A stretch of 64,000 bases of DNA. It comes from an uncultured Spirochaetota bacterium (GTDB lineage: Bacteria; Spirochaetota; UBA4802; UBA5550). Position numbers and translations under genes: made by a program. Every line of letters starts with the position of its first letter. Position 1 is the stretch's first letter. This document shows, one piece after another, positions 22,106-32,534 of this stretch. Where the stretch lies: the NCBI GenBank assembly GCA_963827275.1, contig CAWHAA010000004.1, forward strand, positions 608,001 through 672,000. The letters are read 5' to 3'. A model generated the notes under the pieces. That model was given only the letters and a program-made list of their open reading frames with translations. It did no database searches and was not told the origin of the DNA.

Positions 22106-23269
22106 TCAGTACGCGGCGATCAGGATCGTCTCAATCTCGTTCGTATTGACTTCGCGGGGCGTGTTGTCCAGGAACGGGTAGGAAACCGCCAGGTCCGCAA
22201 CTTCCCTGAAAATCGATTTTGATATGTCATAGCTCGACAGCCGCTGCGGAATGTCGATGTCCGATTCGAGCTTCCGTATCGCCTCGACGGCCTTGATCGC
22301 TGCCTCGATGACCGTCACTTCGCGCACCTCTTCGCCCATGACCTTCGACATCTGCACGTACTTGCCCGGCGAGGAGGTCAGGTTGAACTCCATGATGTGC
22401 GGCAGGATGATGCTCATGGCGCTTTCGATGTCAAGGTCGGTCTTCGACACCAGGGCCAGTGATATCGATAGGGTGATCGACAGGTATGAGACGGCGAAGG
22501 CGATCCCCGCCATGACCGACGCGGTGGAGAGGGGGGTCCGGGGAACGCTGTTCTGCGGCTCCCTGAAAGAAACCGGGGCGTTCCTGAATATCATGTCGAT
22601 CGATTTCAGCGCGTAGGTGTTGATGATCTCGTTGTTCTTTTTCGATATGACCGATTCGGTCGCGATGGCCAGGGTGGCGATGGCGCTTTTTAGTATCTTC
22701 TCCTCCGGGCAGAGGAGCGTTATGAGCGGGTCAACGATCGTCGCCTCGGGATAGAGGTCGGGATGGTGGTAGATTTTCCTCGTCAGGTCGTGGATCTCCT
22801 GGAGATACAGCAGGGGCGCGATTTCGAAGCCGAACATCGGGCTCCCGGGGACGGTGATGAAGTTCATGGGACGCGCGGTGATGTTCGGGCTGGCGAAGAG
22901 GTCATGGCAGAAGAAATAATTCGTCGCCAGGATGGAGAGCGCCTTGGCGGAGTTGATCGAATCGATCCCGCCGAAGCCTATGATCAGGTCGCAGTTGGTT
23001 TTCTTGATGTATGCGGCGGCGGTGTCTATCTCCTCGGTGTTCGGCGGGGACGGGATCTCGTCATAGACGATGCACCCCATGTCGGCGTCCTTGAGCTGCC
23101 GGGAAATCATCTCGATCGCGGCGCTGTATAATTCCAGGTCGTGCGCGGTGGTGATAAGGATCGCGCGCGATCCGAACCGCGGCAGTATCTTCCCGATGTC
23201 CTTGATGATGTCCTGCCTGATGAAAATCTGGCTGGGAAGGTGGAAATCTGGTCGTATGTCTGTCGTCAC
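22106..23269 (-). CDS. Iron-containing alcohol dehydrogenase-fold protein (metal ligands apparently lost)
   Basis: Fe-ADH-like architecture ('DLIIGFGG', 'IVDP', 'ILPHIMEFN') without the canonical His cluster. Confidence 0.8.
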   Translation of the reverse strand: MTTDIRPDFHLPSQIFIRQDIIKDIGKILPRFGSRAILITTAHDLELYSAAIEMISRQLKDADMGCIVYDEIPSPPNTEEIDTAAAYIKKTNCDLIIGFGGIDSINSAKALSILATNYFFCHDLFASPNITARPMNFITVPGSPMFGFEIAPLLYLQEIHDLTRKIYHHPDLYPEATIVDPLITLLCPEEKILKSAIATLAIATESVISKKNNEIINTYALKSIDMIFRNAPVSFREPQNSVPRTPLSTASVMAGIAFAVSYLSITLSISLALVSKTDLDIESAMSIILPHIMEFNLTSSPGKYVQMSKVMGEEVREVTVIEAAIKAVEAIRKLESDIDIPQRLSSYDISKSIFREVADLAVSYPFLDNTPREVNTNEIETILIAAY

Positions 23270-23409
23270 CTGCTCTCCCGCCCCATGTCTGCCGGCCGTC
23301 GTCCCGCCGCTTCCGGCCGGGTCAGGCCGTGTAATCTATTCGCATAAAAAAAGCGGACATATGGTGTTTATCTCCGCTTTTTACCGGTCCGCTGATGAAA
23401 AATCCCGGG

Positions 23410-23703
23410 TTACTTTCGTACAAGAATTCCGGCTATCCTGTCGGCAACCTTCTCAAGTATTTCCGGGCTGTTGAAGTCATACGTCCCGTTGTCGATCAGC
23501 TCCTTGATCTGCCTCACGCGGTCTATGCGTATGTCCGGCGCGGCCTTGACCGTCTGCGCCAGCTTCGCAACCTCGGCGGCATTTTTCGCCTCGGAGGAAA
23601 TCTGTACGGAGTCCTTCTTCCTGGTCTCTTTCGATGAAGAAACCGGACTGGATTTCTTGGGCTCGATGATGTTGTTGATGTTGCCTATTTTATCGATAAC
23701 CAT
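23410..23703 (-). CDS. flgM: Anti-sigma-28 factor FlgM
   Basis: 'DSVQISSEA', 'DIRIDRVRQIKELIDNGTY'. Confidence 0.92.
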   Translation of the reverse strand: MVIDKIGNINNIIEPKKSSPVSSSKETRKKDSVQISSEAKNAAEVAKLAQTVKAAPDIRIDRVRQIKELIDNGTYDFNSPEILEKVADRIAGILVRK

Positions 23704-23732
23704 TTTGTTAACCCTTTTTAAATCTACTATAT

Positions 23733-23759
23733 CTATCGGCAATTTTTGTCAAATCTTTA
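23733..23759 (-). promoter_or_regulatory. Sigma-28 promoter of flgM
   Basis: Minus strand TAAA-N15-GCCGATAG, matching the sigma28 consensus, 30 bp upstream of the flgM ATG. Confidence 0.85.
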
Positions 23760-23852
23760 ATAAAAATGCATATTATATAAAAGAAAAATGACTTTTTTCG
23801 GTGAATATGTCATGTCAGGCGCCATGTCTGGTCCATTATGTCCATTAAAGTA

Positions 23853-24566
23853 TCAATCATCGGGGCCGCTTTCAACTTTAATCGCATCCTGGTCGTTAAA
23901 AATCGCGATGGCGAATTCCCCCTTTTCCTTTACAGTATCGGGCTTTGCCGTCAGGTTCTCGATGGTGTCGTAGATGAATTCTTCATGGAACTTGGTCATT
24001 TCCCTGCCGATCAGCACCGTGCAGCCGGGAAATGTTTCATGGACGGCATTGAGCAGCTTCCTGACCCGGTAGGGGGATTCATAGAGTATGATGACGCCGT
24101 TGAACCCCTTCAATGAAAGGAGCTCCTTTCTGCGCCTGCCCTCCTTCTTGCTCAGGAATCCGGCGAAGGCCGCTTGTTTGCCGTGGTAGCCCGAAACCGA
24201 GATGAGCGCGGCCAGGGCGGAAGGCCCCGGCAGGGGGGTGACCGGGATGCCCCGGTCCCGCGCCGCGGCCACCAGCCTGCTTCCCGGGTCGCTCAGGCCC
24301 GGGGTGCCCGAGTCGGTAAGGTAGGCCACCGATTCCCCTTCAAGGAGATGACCGATTGCGCTTTCGATTTTATGGGACGGGGAATGGGTATGGAGCGACT
24401 GTGTCGGCGCGGTTATCCCGTAGTGATTGAGGAGCTTCCTGGTCTGACGGGTGTCTTCGCAGTAGACGATATCGACCGCTTCCTTTAGAATTCTGACCGC
24501 GCGGAAGGTGATATCCTCCAGGTTGCCGATCGGTGTCGCTATAATATAAAGGGTGCCAGAATCCAT
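23853..24566 (-). CDS. rsmI: 16S rRNA C1402 2'-O-methyltransferase
   Basis: 'LYIIATPIGNLEDIT', 'CEDTR', 'DSGTPGLSDPG', 'YESPYR'. Confidence 0.96.
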   Translation of the reverse strand: MDSGTLYIIATPIGNLEDITFRAVRILKEAVDIVYCEDTRQTRKLLNHYGITAPTQSLHTHSPSHKIESAIGHLLEGESVAYLTDSGTPGLSDPGSRLVAAARDRGIPVTPLPGPSALAALISVSGYHGKQAAFAGFLSKKEGRRRKELLSLKGFNGVIILYESPYRVRKLLNAVHETFPGCTVLIGREMTKFHEEFIYDTIENLTAKPDTVKEKGEFAIAIFNDQDAIKVESGPDD

Positions 24567-24758
24567 ATGGGAATGATGGTAAGTTTGCCGGTTTTGTAAA
24601 TGAATTTATGGGCCGGGCCGGATTTTTCTTTACATATATAAATTTATAGCTTGATAAATTTGTGTTTATTACAAATAATACGTTAAAGCATGGTAACGGT
24701 CCTGTTTCATCACTATGCGGAAGCAATAATTCATAACTATCCAAGGAGCGTGCAGGCT

Positions 24759-25688
24759 ATGAATCTCGATGGGATTAAAAAGTATTTTACCCGGGAAAAA
24801 ATGGTACGCGATGCGATCGCTTGCTTTGTATGCCTCCTTGCGGGAATTGCCGTGCTGGTGGCCTTCTTCCTCCTGGCGCTTATACCCGAAAAGGGGAGCG
24901 CGGTGTATCACCTCCTCGACAACCTGGGGGTATTCTTTCTTTTCGCGGGCGTCATTCTCGGGTATTGTGCAATACATCGCGGTAACGCCGTTGCCGGCGG
25001 GCATACCGTCCGCTCGCTCCTTGTGGCCACCTTTCGCCAGGCGCATATCGTGGTCGGGATCCTGCTGGCGTCGATCATCATCCTCTTCGTGGCCGCGTTC
25101 GCCGAGCTGGTGCCCTCGTTGTTCGGCTTTATCCCCTACGCCGGGCCGGTGATCGTGGGGCTCCTCTCGGTCCCCCTGTTCCTGGTAAACGTGCTCCTCA
25201 TCGCGGCGGTGGTGCTGATATGGATCGCGGTGCCCCCCATGGTGACGGAAGGAGTGCCCCTGAAGCGCCTCCCCTTCGATTTTCTCGCGCTGGCCAGGAA
25301 GAGGTGGCTGGTGATCTTCGGTTACACGATACTTTCGGTCCTGGTCTTCGCAGCTGTCATGGCGGCGTTCCTGATGATCGTCAGGTATGCGGCGGGCATT
25401 ACCCGCTCGGTGCAGTGGAACATAAGCCCGGCGTATCCCTCGGTATTCAAGGCCATCATGCGGCCGTCGTATATAACCGACATCATAGGCAAGGTCGCGC
25501 CCCAGACCGACCCGATCGCGGCGCTCCAGCAGTACGGCAGCAGCATCTTCAATTACGTGCAGATGCTCGGCAATCTGTTAAAGGCGTTGTACGGCGTCAC
25601 GCTTGCCGCGCTGGCTTCTTTCTTTCTTGCCATTTTTTTTAATGCGCTTTCATTTTTTTATACGCTGACGAAAAAGGACGTCCTCTGA
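24759..25688 (+). CDS. Hypothetical multi-pass membrane protein
   Basis: About 6 hydrophobic segments; AAGGAG RBS. Confidence 0.7.
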   Translation: MNLDGIKKYFTREKMVRDAIACFVCLLAGIAVLVAFFLLALIPEKGSAVYHLLDNLGVFFLFAGVILGYCAIHRGNAVAGGHTVRSLLVATFRQAHIVVGILLASIIILFVAAFAELVPSLFGFIPYAGPVIVGLLSVPLFLVNVLLIAAVVLIWIAVPPMVTEGVPLKRLPFDFLALARKRWLVIFGYTILSVLVFAAVMAAFLMIVRYAAGITRSVQWNISPAYPSVFKAIMRPSYITDIIGKVAPQTDPIAALQQYGSSIFNYVQMLGNLLKALYGVTLAALASFFLAIFFNALSFFYTLTKKDVL

Positions 25689-25783
25689 TTTATGTGGACG
25701 TTGTACGTGATCTTAGAATTGTAAGGAAAATCGGTTCGTACAGGAAAAGGTCAACTTCTGATTCCAATGTGGCAGGTGCTTTC

Positions 25784-27952
25784 ATGAAATCCTCTATCCT
25801 GTTGCTGGCTGCAACCATCCTCATGCTTCCAATTTCGCTGTTCGCGCTTGATGTTGTACGTGTTGATGAATCGTTTTCACGCCAGGTGATCGGTACCAAC
25901 ATCGAATATCTTGAAGACAAGGATAAAACACTGACCATAGACCAGGCCCCGGCCGCGGACGGCTGGACGAGGTCAGAGGGGGAGTCCCTGAATTTCGGAT
26001 TCACCCCCTCCGTCTACTGGTTTCGTTTCGCCATCGATAATAACGGCAGCGGCCCGATGAACCACTTCCTTGACATTTCATACCCCCTCATGAATTATCT
26101 CGATTTATATATTCCTGACGGCGATGGGTATCGAGTCGTGAAGACCGGCAACAGGTATCCCTTCTATGACCGGGAGATCGAGGACAAGAATTTTGTCTTC
26201 AATCTCAAGCAAGGGCCGGGGCTCTATACCTACTACCTGCGGATTGAAACGAAGAGCTCCATTAATTTTATCCCAACGCTGTTGTCCCAGAAGGCCTATC
26301 TTCACCTCATGCAGAACAAGACGCCGGTCTTCTGGATCTACTACGGCCTCATGCTGATCATGCTTATCTATAATTTTTTCATATTCGTGGCAAGCCGCGA
26401 TAAGAGCTATATCCTCTATGTCCTCTTCATCGCGTCGTATATCCTTTTCCAGATGACCCTGAACGGGTATTCGTTCCAGTACCTGTGGCCCAACGCGATC
26501 TGGTGGGCCGGCAACTCCCTGCCGTTTTTCATGCTTACGTCGGTTGCGACTGCCGCCATCTTCATGCGCGTCATGATGGACCTGCGGCGGAAATTCAAGG
26601 CGATCGACAGGGTGCTTGTCTTTGCCGTGATCATACCGGCTTTGATATGGGCCGTGTGCAGTCTCCTGGTGCCGTATGCCCTTGCCATCCGCGTCGCGAC
26701 GGCGCTTGTCGGCATACTGTCGCTGCTGATTTTCATCCTAATATGTTATACCGCAATAAGGAAATCCCGCGAGGCAATGTTCATCGCCTTCGGATTCGGG
26801 GGCCTGATTGTCGGGATAGTGCTGTATGTGCTGAAGGCCTTCGGCGTGGTGCCCAACATGTTCCTTACCGAATGGGGCGTGCAGATCGGCTCGTCGCTGA
26901 TCATAGTCGTGCTTTCACTGGCCCTGGCGGACAAGATCAACGTCATGCGGAAAGACCTCGCCGGCCTTTACGATGAGCAGAAGGACCTCAGGAGGGTGGC
27001 CCAGGAACGCGCCGAGCACCTTGAGGGGATCGTGGGGACCGCCACGGGTATATCCGACGAGTTCCTGAATGTGACCGAGCAGATGCAGGACATCACCAGG
27101 CGCTTTTCCAGCATGTCCATGGAGCAGGCGGCCACCAGCGAGGAGATGTCCTCGACCTTTGAAGAGCTGTCAGGCTCCATAGAGAACATCTACCAGGCCA
27201 CCATCAACCAGAAGGACGAGGGAGAAAAATCGAAGCTCCTGGCGGTTGATCTGAACCAGGCGCAGAAGAACCTGATTCAGGAGAGCATGAAGGTCGAGGA
27301 GAGCATCAAGGAGATCCAGCGTCAGGCGACCGTCACCGGGGACAGCCTGAAAAGCATGACCGAGACCATGAGCCTCATCAACGCCGGAGGCAAGGAAATC
27401 AACCAGTTCATTGCGATGATCGACGACATCTCCGACCGGATCAACCTCCTCTCCCTGAACGCGGCGATCGAGGCCGCGCGCGCGGGCGATTACGGCAGGG
27501 GGTTCGCGGTCGTTGCGGACGAAATCGGCAAGCTCGCGCAGGCGACCTCGGACAATTCCAAGGAGATCGGCAAGCAGATCACCAGGATCATATCAGACAT
27601 GGACACCGGCGCCCGCATCGTGGTGGGCACCAAGGAATCAACGGACGTGATCTTCCAGATGGTCGGCACCATCAGCCAGGGGATCGACAGCGTGAAGATA
27701 TTGATGACCAAGCAGAACAAGGCCCTTGAGATGGTCATACACCAGGCGGACGTTGTCGAGAGGATGTCGAAAGAGATCGTTGTTTCGACCAACGAGCAGA
27801 AGAACTCCATGGAACAGACCCTGAAAACGATAGAGCGGATGTCCGAAATGGCGCAGGAGATATCCATGTCGAACACGAGGGTCATCGATTTCATGAAGAT
27901 CATCCATGACAAGGCCCAGGAGCTGAACAAGGTCATCAAGAGGACCTCGTAG
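25784..27952 (+). CDS. Methyl-accepting chemotaxis protein with 7TMR-DISM sensor
   Basis: '[14 protein letters not shown]' DISMED2 domain, 7TM region, MCP signature '[28 protein letters not shown]'. Confidence 0.93.
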   Translation: MKSSILLLAATILMLPISLFALDVVRVDESFSRQVIGTNIEYLEDKDKTLTIDQAPAADGWTRSEGESLNFGFTPSVYWFRFAIDNNGSGPMNHFLDISYPLMNYLDLYIPDGDGYRVVKTGNRYPFYDREIEDKNFVFNLKQGPGLYTYYLRIETKSSINFIPTLLSQKAYLHLMQNKTPVFWIYYGLMLIMLIYNFFIFVASRDKSYILYVLFIASYILFQMTLNGYSFQYLWPNAIWWAGNSLPFFMLTSVATAAIFMRVMMDLRRKFKAIDRVLVFAVIIPALIWAVCSLLVPYALAIRVATALVGILSLLIFILICYTAIRKSREAMFIAFGFGGLIVGIVLYVLKAFGVVPNMFLTEWGVQIGSSLIIVVLSLALADKINVMRKDLAGLYDEQKDLRRVAQERAEHLEGIVGTATGISDEFLNVTEQMQDITRRFSSMSMEQAATSEEMSSTFEELSGSIENIYQATINQKDEGEKSKLLAVDLNQAQKNLIQESMKVEESIKEIQRQATVTGDSLKSMTETMSLINAGGKEINQFIAMIDDISDRINLLSLNAAIEAARAGDYGRGFAVVADEIGKLAQATSDNSKEIGKQITRIISDMDTGARIVVGTKESTDVIFQMVGTISQGIDSVKILMTKQNKALEMVIHQADVVERMSKEIVVSTNEQKNSMEQTLKTIERMSEMAQEISMSNTRVIDFMKIIHDKAQELNKVIKRTS

Positions 27953-27961
27953 GCGGGGGGG

Positions 27962-29692
27962 TCAGGCCCCCTGTACCTTCACCACGATGATCCCCTTGTC
28001 GGGGGCCGTGGGGCATTTCTGCTCGCATATGGCGCACCCGATGCAGAGGTCGGTGACCACCGAGGGCAGCCGCACGATACGTCCCTTCACCCGCGCCTTC
28101 CGCACCCTGATCGCCTTCCCCTTTACGGGACAGTGCTCCTCGCACACGATGCAGTCTTCACCTTTCGCGTAGGGCAGGCATATCGTTTTGTTGAACACCG
28201 CGATGCCGATTTTTTCCTTCTGCTTGTCCCCGAGGGAAAGCTTCGCAATGGCGTCGGTAGGGCATACCTGTCCGCAGAGGTTGCACCCGTGCTCGCAGTA
28301 ACCGCGCCGCGTATCGAGCGCCGGTGCCCACATCGCGTCGGGCCGTCCGTCGACGGGGGACGGCTGCAGGACATTGGTGGGACACACCTTCATGCAGGCG
28401 CCGCAGCGGATGCATCTCTGTATGAATTCAACTTCGGGGAGCGCTCCGGGGGGCCGGATGCGCGAGGCGTTCCCGGGGCGGGGAGGGGGGCCGGCAGGGA
28501 GGCTGGCGGCGAGCATGGGCAGCGGCGCTATCGCTCCCAGCGTGGTGAGGATGAATTGTTCTCGCGTCATCCCGGGACGGGAGAGTGCTCTGACCCCGGA
28601 AATAGGGTGCTCTGACCCCTTCTGGTATCGATAGTTATCGGTAAAAGTCTGCCCTGACCCCTGCTGGTACCGATAGTTATCGGTAAGATGCCTTTTCTGG
28701 CTCTCTGGAAGTTGCTCTGACCCCGCTTCAGACCCAGATTCAGACCGATAGTTATCGGTAGCAGTTTGCTCTGACCCCCGATCGAAGGGCCAACGGAACG
28801 AAAACGTCGTCTTACCCCTCGGGCAATCCGCCATGCAATCCATGCAGAGAACGCATTCTTCCGCGAGGTAGGAATTGTCCTCCCTGATGGCATTCATGCG
28901 GCAGGTATGCATGCACGACCCGCACAGGACGGTGCACTCGTCAACGTTGCGCCGGAAGGGCGAAAACCGGGCGGGCAGAGCGAGCATTGCCCCCAGAGGA
29001 CAGAGGTATCTGCACCAGAAACGCCGCTTGACCAGGGCAAGCGCCAGTATTGCGGCGAGCATGCCGAGGATGACGCCGGTATGGGGGAAATAGGGGGTCG
29101 AGAGGCTCAGAAAGCCCTCCCTGAGAGTGTTGTATATCGATTCCAGCCACTCAGGGTACCCGCTAATTTCCAGCACCTGCACGAACCCGCTGTGTATGGC
29201 CCCGTCGATAAAGGGGTGCGCGTTGAACGAAAATGCGCGGACGAATATGGTGATGGGATCAAGCGTCCAGGCAAGCTGAACGCCGAACAGGGCGAAAACA
29301 AGGACTGCGCCAAGGACCGCGTATTTAACGGCACGCAGCGGATGCGGCTCGCGTTCCCTCTCTCTTTTCCGGAAGATTTTTTTTAATTTCATTATGATGG
29401 ATGAGAAGAGGTCAAGCAGGGCCCCGAGCGGGCAGAACCAGCCGCAGAACAGCCTTCCCGCGACAAGGGTGAAAAGCAGGAGCGCTGACGCGTACAGGAG
29501 GCCCGGGAGGAGGACACGTTCCGCGATGGAGGTCGTGAACATGGCGAATGGATCTATCAGGAAATAGAATTTCGGGTTGATATACCCCGCGAGGGGATAG
29601 CGCGTGTTCCAGAGGATATACACGAGCAGGAACGCCGACAGCGACTGTGCGCAGCGGCGCGCGATAACCCATCCTTGTGCCCTGCCTGCCAT
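27962..29692 (-). CDS. Membrane polyferredoxin (NapH/MauN-like N-part fused to NapG/MauM-like C-part) with a repeat-derived linker insertion
   Basis: 'FCGWFCPLG', 'WCRYLCPLG', several CxxCxxCxxxCP motifs, 'IRPPGALPE'. Confidence 0.9.
   Translation of the reverse strand: MAGRAQGWVIARRCAQSLSAFLLVYILWNTRYPLAGYINPKFYFLIDPFAMFTTSIAERVLLPGLLYASALLLFTLVAGRLFCGWFCPLGALLDLFSSIIMKLKKIFRKREREREPHPLRAVKYAVLGAVLVFALFGVQLAWTLDPITIFVRAFSFNAHPFIDGAIHSGFVQVLEISGYPEWLESIYNTLREGFLSLSTPYFPHTGVILGMLAAILALALVKRRFWCRYLCPLGAMLALPARFSPFRRNVDECTVLCGSCMHTCRMNAIREDNSYLAEECVLCMDCMADCPRGKTTFSFRWPFDRGSEQTATDNYRSESGSEAGSEQLPESQKRHLTDNYRYQQGSGQTFTDNYRYQKGSEHPISGVRALSRPGMTREQFILTTLGAIAPLPMLAASLPAGPPPRPGNASRIRPPGALPEVEFIQRCIRCGACMKVCPTNVLQPSPVDGRPDAMWAPALDTRRGYCEHGCNLCGQVCPTDAIAKLSLGDKQKEKIGIAVFNKTICLPYAKGEDCIVCEEHCPVKGKAIRVRKARVKGRIVRLPSVVTDLCIGCAICEQKCPTAPDKGIIVVKVQGA
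28587..28779. repeat. In-frame composite repeat array (3 x ACCGATAGTTATCGGT-type palindrome, 5 x GCTCTGACCCC-type motif) inside the polyferredoxin gene
   Basis: Palindromes at 28627, 28669, 28744; co-motif at 28587, 28609, 28651, 28714, 28768; translated as TDNYR / GSEQ repeats. Confidence 0.9.
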
Positions 29693-30684
29693 CAGATCCG
29701 TATTGTCGTGATTTTTGCCCGCCCAATTGCGGCGGAGCCCGCCTTCAACCCTTCCGCTTCCATGATGTGGCCGATATCTTCCGCCCGGAGGTCGAAGAGC
29801 GTCGCGGCGTAGGAATCGGCCAGGACCTGGTCCGCGCCGGCGATCACTGTCTTCATGGTCCTGACGTCTCCGAGGTTGCCGCTGGAAGGGCCGTTCCTCG
29901 TAAGGATGCGGTTCGCGTCGATCACCGTGAGGTCCGGGTTGATGAATTTCGCGAGCTCGGCCAGCTTCCGGTCAATGTTCCAGTGCATCATGCCGCGGCT
30001 GCCGCCGCAGACCCCCATCAGGTTTTTCATCGAGAGGGTGACCCGTGAGAGCCCGTGGTGCTTGGCCACCGGCACGTTGATGAAGCAGTCGCATTCGACG
30101 GCATCGCGGTAAATCGGCCACGCTTCCATCTTGCTGCCCTCGGGAAAACGCCCCGGGATAAATTTGGCGTCAATGACATGGTAGATGCTCCCGCCGGCGC
30201 CGCGGACCGCGTCCGCGATGCCGCTGGCCGCGTAGCACATGGCGGCGTCGTTGCAGGTCCTGTCGAAGACCTTCACGCGCCGCGCGCCGGCGGCGCGGCA
30301 GAGCTTCACCAGCGCCGCGACCACCTCGGGATTGGTGGTGGCCGCGTATTCGGGCGTCCGGTTCCATCCGATGTTCGGCTTGATCACCACCGTGTCGCCT
30401 TTCCGGACAAAACGGTCGATCCCGCCGAGGGCCTCGATCGCCTTGCGGGTCATCTGCGCCGGGGCCCCGCCCTTGACCACCGCAAGGTCGCAGGCAGTTG
30501 TGGCCTTCCTTTTTACGCGGGGACCGAGCGTCCCCTTCTGCGACGGCCCCGCAAATGAATCGAGGCCTTTCAGGAAGGGGGCGGTGGCCGCAAAGGCGGC
30601 GATCATCCGTATGAAGTCCTTTCGTGATGTTCGGGATGGGTTGTTCTGTGAGGTCCGGGAGAAGAAGGCGAATCTGTTTTTCAT
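29692..30684 (-). CDS. DUF362 domain protein (Tat-like leader)
   Basis: 'VVIKPNIGW', 'TTNPEVV', 'INVPVAKHH', 'LSMKNLMG'; commonly paired with polyferredoxins. Confidence 0.9.
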   Translation of the reverse strand: MKNRFAFFSRTSQNNPSRTSRKDFIRMIAAFAATAPFLKGLDSFAGPSQKGTLGPRVKRKATTACDLAVVKGGAPAQMTRKAIEALGGIDRFVRKGDTVVIKPNIGWNRTPEYAATTNPEVVAALVKLCRAAGARRVKVFDRTCNDAAMCYAASGIADAVRGAGGSIYHVIDAKFIPGRFPEGSKMEAWPIYRDAVECDCFINVPVAKHHGLSRVTLSMKNLMGVCGGSRGMMHWNIDRKLAELAKFINPDLTVIDANRILTRNGPSSGNLGDVRTMKTVIAGADQVLADSYAATLFDLRAEDIGHIMEAEGLKAGSAAIGRAKITTIRI

Positions 30685-30773
30685 CGCTGTACCCCCTTTG
30701 TGATTGGAAGAGCTTTTGCTAAGGAAGCGCCCCCGCCTCCGCAGGGGGAGGGGGGGTACGATAATGCCGGTTC

Positions 30774-31454
30774 CTATTTCTGTTTGATCTCAAGAAGCTC
30801 CACTTCAAAGATGAGGACCGAATTGCCGGGTATGCTCTGGTTGCCCCGCTCGCCGTAGCCGAGTGCGCTCGGAATGACCAGCTCATACTTGGACCCGGCC
30901 TTCATGAGCTGGAGGCCTTCCGTCCAGCCCGGTATCACCTGGTTCAGGGGAAATTCCGCCGGCTGGTTCCGCTTGTAGGAGCTGTCGAACTCGGTCCCGT
31001 CGATCAGCGTCCCCTTGTAATGGACCTTGACGATGTCGGTCGCTTTCGGGGTGACCCCGGCGCCTTCCTTGATGACGCGGTACTGGAGGCCGCTCTTGGT
31101 CACCTGGACCCCCTGCTTCTTCTTGTTCTTCTCGAGATATTCCTCGCCGATCTTGACGTTTTCGGTCGCCTTCGCCATCTGTTTCTTCATCAGTTCTTCG
31201 GAAAGCTTCTGGAACGCGTTCCGTATATCTTCGTCCTTGATCCTGCTCTCCTTGCCCTTCATCACGTCTTCCACTGCCAGGTTGAAGGCCTTCATGTCGA
31301 GCTCCATGCCCCGGCCCTTCATGTCTTTCGCGAACTGCGTGCCGATGCCGTAACTCACCTTGGCGTTGTCGGAGCTGAGGTTTGCGCTGCAGCTTGATAC
31401 GGTAAATATAATGAAAAAGCAGCAGATAAAACGGGTGATCTGTGATAGATTCAT
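30774..31454 (-). CDS. fkpA: FKBP-type peptidyl-prolyl isomerase (FkpA/Mip)
   Basis: 'SYGIG', 'SGLQY', 'VHYKGTLIDGTEFDSS', 'VIPGWTEGLQLM'. Confidence 0.95.
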   Translation of the reverse strand: MNLSQITRFICCFFIIFTVSSCSANLSSDNAKVSYGIGTQFAKDMKGRGMELDMKAFNLAVEDVMKGKESRIKDEDIRNAFQKLSEELMKKQMAKATENVKIGEEYLEKNKKKQGVQVTKSGLQYRVIKEGAGVTPKATDIVKVHYKGTLIDGTEFDSSYKRNQPAEFPLNQVIPGWTEGLQLMKAGSKYELVIPSALGYGERGNQSIPGNSVLIFEVELLEIKQK

Positions 31455-31566
31455 TGTGTTTTCCTTGATAATATGATTAAATTTTTGGATACGCTGAATA
31501 GTACAGGTGCCGGTAAAAGAGAATTGTGTCAATTAACTTTTTTCGAAAGATCCGTACGCCATTTGA

Positions 31567-31683
31567 AGGCGGGGTCACGTGCACATGTAGGCGGGGTCAC
31601 GTGCACATGTAGGCGGGGTCACGTGCACATGTAGGCCGGGTCACGTGTGCATGTAGGCCGGGTCACGTGACCCGGCCTACATG
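31567..31683. repeat. REP array 1: tandem 22-bp half-REP units ending in a perfect 34-bp palindrome
   Basis: CATGTAGGC(G/C)GGGTCACGTG(CA/TG) units at 31584, 31606, 31628 plus a partial at 31567, then catgtaggccgggtcac|gtgacccggcctacatg at 31650-31683; GTAG foot. Confidence 0.93.
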
Positions 31684-32223
31684 TGGGGCAATCCACAACC
31701 ATTTGTTTTCCCGCAATCCATGTTTTACGCATTGGAATTGCAAATACCGCAGATGTATATCGAGGTCCCTTTTATCCCGGATAACGTGGTCGTGAAATGA
31801 TGATTGCCACCTGAATGGAGGGTACGGATTCATTTTCTTATGATTTTCCTTAAACATGTCTATGTATTTATGAAGGCGATAGTGCGGACCTGTCAGTCTC
31901 TGTTGTTGAATATGGCCCTCTTTTGATGTGCATGATGCAATTACATGGTTTGCGTTTCGTGAAAAATTTGTCTTTAGAGACCGCATGACCTCAGAGAAGT
32001 CGTGTTTATCTTGAGGTTGAATGAGAAGGTGTATATGATCGGGATTGATCTTATAACCCAGTATAATAAAATTCTTTATTGCAGCGCATAATTCCAGGTC
32101 GTCAATAAACAATCCGCATAGAATATCATCCTCGAACCAGGGGAATCGCCTATCGGTCACCGTCGTGATAAAATATGCGGCATTGTCGATGTAGTATCTT
32201 ATGTGTTTGTTATGGTGATGCAT
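31663..32223 (-). mobile_element. REP-associated tyrosine transposase (RAYT/TnpA-REP, Y1 HUH superfamily)
   Basis: 'YFITTVT', HUH 'PDHIHLL', 'WQSSFHDHVIRD', Tyr in 'YLQFQCVKHGL'; flanked by GTAG REPs. Confidence 0.92.
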
Positions 32224-32295
32224 GTTGGTCCTATTTTGGTTTTTTAATGGGTATTACGAATGAGGAGAAAGAGATGTGAAAAGATTTTTTACGCG

Positions 32296-32439
32296 CATGT
32301 AGGACGGGTCACGTGCGCATGTAGGCCGGGTCACGTGCGCATGTAGGCCGGGTCACGTGTGCATGTAGGCGGGGTCACGTGTGCATGTAGGCGGGGTCAC
32401 GTGTGCATGTAGGCGGGGTCACGTGACCCCGCCTACATG
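32296..32439. repeat. REP array 2: six tandem 22-bp units, the last completing a 34-bp palindrome
   Basis: Units start at 32296, 32318, 32340, 32362, 32384, 32406. Confidence 0.93.
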
Positions 32440-32534
32440 CACACAAACGACCTTGCAACTTAATAACGCTTTTTGAAAAAAATTTATTTATCCGGCATGC
32501 CATTCGTATACAGGCTAAAATCGCTGGTGCGAAC

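Noticed and set aside
31567..32439. parS centromere sites (TCACGTGA core) or CRISPR repeats
   Set aside because: The flanks do not match TGTTTCACGTGAAACA and there are no spacers. The GTAG foot and the adjacent Y1 transposase identify them as REPs.
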